This document shows positions 62,519-64,000 of a stretch of 64,000 bases of DNA, piece after piece. A model generated the notes under the pieces. The model was not told the origin of the DNA, searched no databases, and was given only the letters and a program-made list of their open reading frames with translations. Position 1 is the first letter of the stretch, and each line of letters opens with the position of its first letter. The DNA comes from an uncultured archaeon (GTDB lineage Archaea; Thermoproteota; Bathyarchaeia; Bathyarchaeales; Bathycorpusculaceae). The DNA lies in assembly GCA_963782915.1 (NCBI GenBank), contig CAWALK010000018.1:96001-160000 (forward strand), read 5' to 3'. The translations under genes and the position numbers were made by a program.

Positions 62519-63032
62519 CTCCCACGTTTATCTTTCAGTTTCTAGCTGAATCGAATAAGGATTTGAGGAGAAGAACTCGCCTGCATTTTTTTGTGGCGCT
62601 AGAACCATGCATTTTTTGCAAGATTCAGTAAGGTATTGGAATATTAAAGAATATTTTCAACCGTTAAAAATGGTGTTTGATAACCGTATCTTTGTTTTTT
62701 ACCGCAAATATGAGGATATAGGAAGGTCTTTTTACAGGGAAGGAGTCGGGCAATGCCCGTTCCTCCATTTTGTGTTACCATTGATTGCTTGTCTGCTTAG
62801 AATTTTTAAGTATCTTTACCTTCGCCCGTTTTTTAGTTTTAGCTAATCTAAGCAACTTTTCTCAATTGCAACAAAAAACCCGATTTTTGATTGCAGTAGA
62901 TAGCCGCCACCAACCAACACTAAAAAAGCAGCAGACCATTACAAAACTGTTTACTTCTGTTCTCGCGACTGTTTGCAGCATTTATCCTTCTCACAGAATT
63001 TTTGTGGCGATTTCTAGAAAAGGAGGCGATAT

Positions 63033-63935
63033 ATAATAACAAAAAAATGGCCATTCATTTTAGCAACAACATTTCTCTTACTATTATGTTTCTACATTCC
63101 TACAAACACAAAAGCTCAAACTCAATCATATACCAAAACAATCTTTAGCACAGCGGATTCATACGTGGATTCCTCTAATCCCGATACAAACTTTGGTACC
63201 CTAAACAGAGTCAACGTCAGCGCTAATAACATACAAGCGTATTCTTACGTAAAATTTGACTTAAGCAGCTTACCTGCCGATGCCGCCATTACAAATGCGA
63301 CGCTTCAATTTTACTGGATTGAAAAAGGCGGATTTGTGTATTATTCTCCTCCCGACGCAATCGGTGCCTACTACTGTGCGGACAATTCTTGGGGAGAACA
63401 GTCAATTACTTGGAATAATAAACCCGCTTTTGGTTCCAGTCCAACTAGTGTGTGGTCGACTGTTAGTATGCGTATATACGAGGGGTATCGGTCATGGGAT
63501 ATCACACAGGACGCTAAAACCGCATTGCAGTCAAGGGGTTTAACTGAAGTTTTAAAGTTCTCTGTTAAAAATGGTGAGGACGGCTATATGGTGTTTCGAT
63601 CCAGAGAGAGTGGATATGGCGCAAAAATAGATATCGAATATACTTCGGCTTCGCCACCGCCAACACCTACACCAACGTTGACTCCGTCAACACCTACTAC
63701 AACTCCGATTCCGCCTACACCAACAACTCCCACTACAGACCCATCTATCAGTCCAACTCCAAGTCCATCAACACCCACCCCATCCACAGCAACCCCAACC
63801 GTCCACCCCCCAACTCCAACGCCAACACCCATTCCAGAGTACTCCATAATCGCTTTGATACCGCTACTGATTTCGGCACTTCTGATGGCTCTCTATATAC
63901 GATCAAAAAAGCAGTCGAAACGGGCTGAAGCTTGA
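63033..63935 (+). CDS. DNRLRE/CBM96-like surface protein with P/T linker and PEF-CTERM-like anchor
   Basis: ADSYVDSSNPDTNFG..SYVKFDLS..I.NATLQ..W.E..ITWNNKP; long PT tract; IPEYS, TM and basic tail; signal peptide in frame from 63033. Confidence 0.75.
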   Translation: MITKKWPFILATTFLLLLCFYIPTNTKAQTQSYTKTIFSTADSYVDSSNPDTNFGTLNRVNVSANNIQAYSYVKFDLSSLPADAAITNATLQFYWIEKGGFVYYSPPDAIGAYYCADNSWGEQSITWNNKPAFGSSPTSVWSTVSMRIYEGYRSWDITQDAKTALQSRGLTEVLKFSVKNGEDGYMVFRSRESGYGAKIDIEYTSASPPPTPTPTLTPSTPTTTPIPPTPTTPTTDPSISPTPSPSTPTPSTATPTVHPPTPTPTPIPEYSIIALIPLLISALLMALYIRSKKQSKRAEA

Positions 63936-64000
63936 AAATCTCTGCGCTGAAGTCTGCTGTTTTCCCATTTTTCTTTCTATAATTAAGACAATCAGAAATC

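Noticed and set aside
63650-63835. CCA/ACA-rich tandem-like repeats
   Set aside because: They encode the Pro/Thr linker of the surface protein and are not an independent DNA repeat

Overview
Archaeal chromosomal window. Gene content suggests Bathyarchaeia or a related TACK lineage (inference from a Cdv/ESCRT operon, PolB2 cassette, Orc1/Cdc6, apgM, pdaD and many small winged-HTH genes). Housekeeping genes include pyrD/pyrK, a DHPS-like protein, a LipS2-like radical SAM enzyme, a LeuA-family synthase, antiporters, Lhr helicase and tatA/tatC. Other notable loci are a complete cdvB-cdvA-cdvB-cdvC(Vps4) division operon, a radA-like/small-ORF/polB2 cassette, a decayed RelBE-type pair and a CBS+HPF-like putative ribosome hibernation factor. 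There is one intact ISH3/IS4-like insertion sequence with 16-bp TIRs and an ATAA duplication. A Tat/NosL-like/ABC/multicopper oxidase copper locus and a surface/secreted-protein region (GSPII_N-GT2, G1 peptidase, DNRLRE protein) fill the last 17 kb. The most striking non-coding signal is a family of modular dispersed intergenic repeats (G-rich TATA-headed module, GTTGTTG..CAACAAC hairpin module and a linker module) in at least six intergenic regions; the IS inserted into one copy. Several unannotated micro-ORFs and a shared three-part GAAC operator are also visible. Many genes have single-base frameshifts, densest at 48.5-52 kb and 54.5-56.8 kb, probably sequencing or assembly errors. No rRNA, tRNA or CRISPR array was seen.
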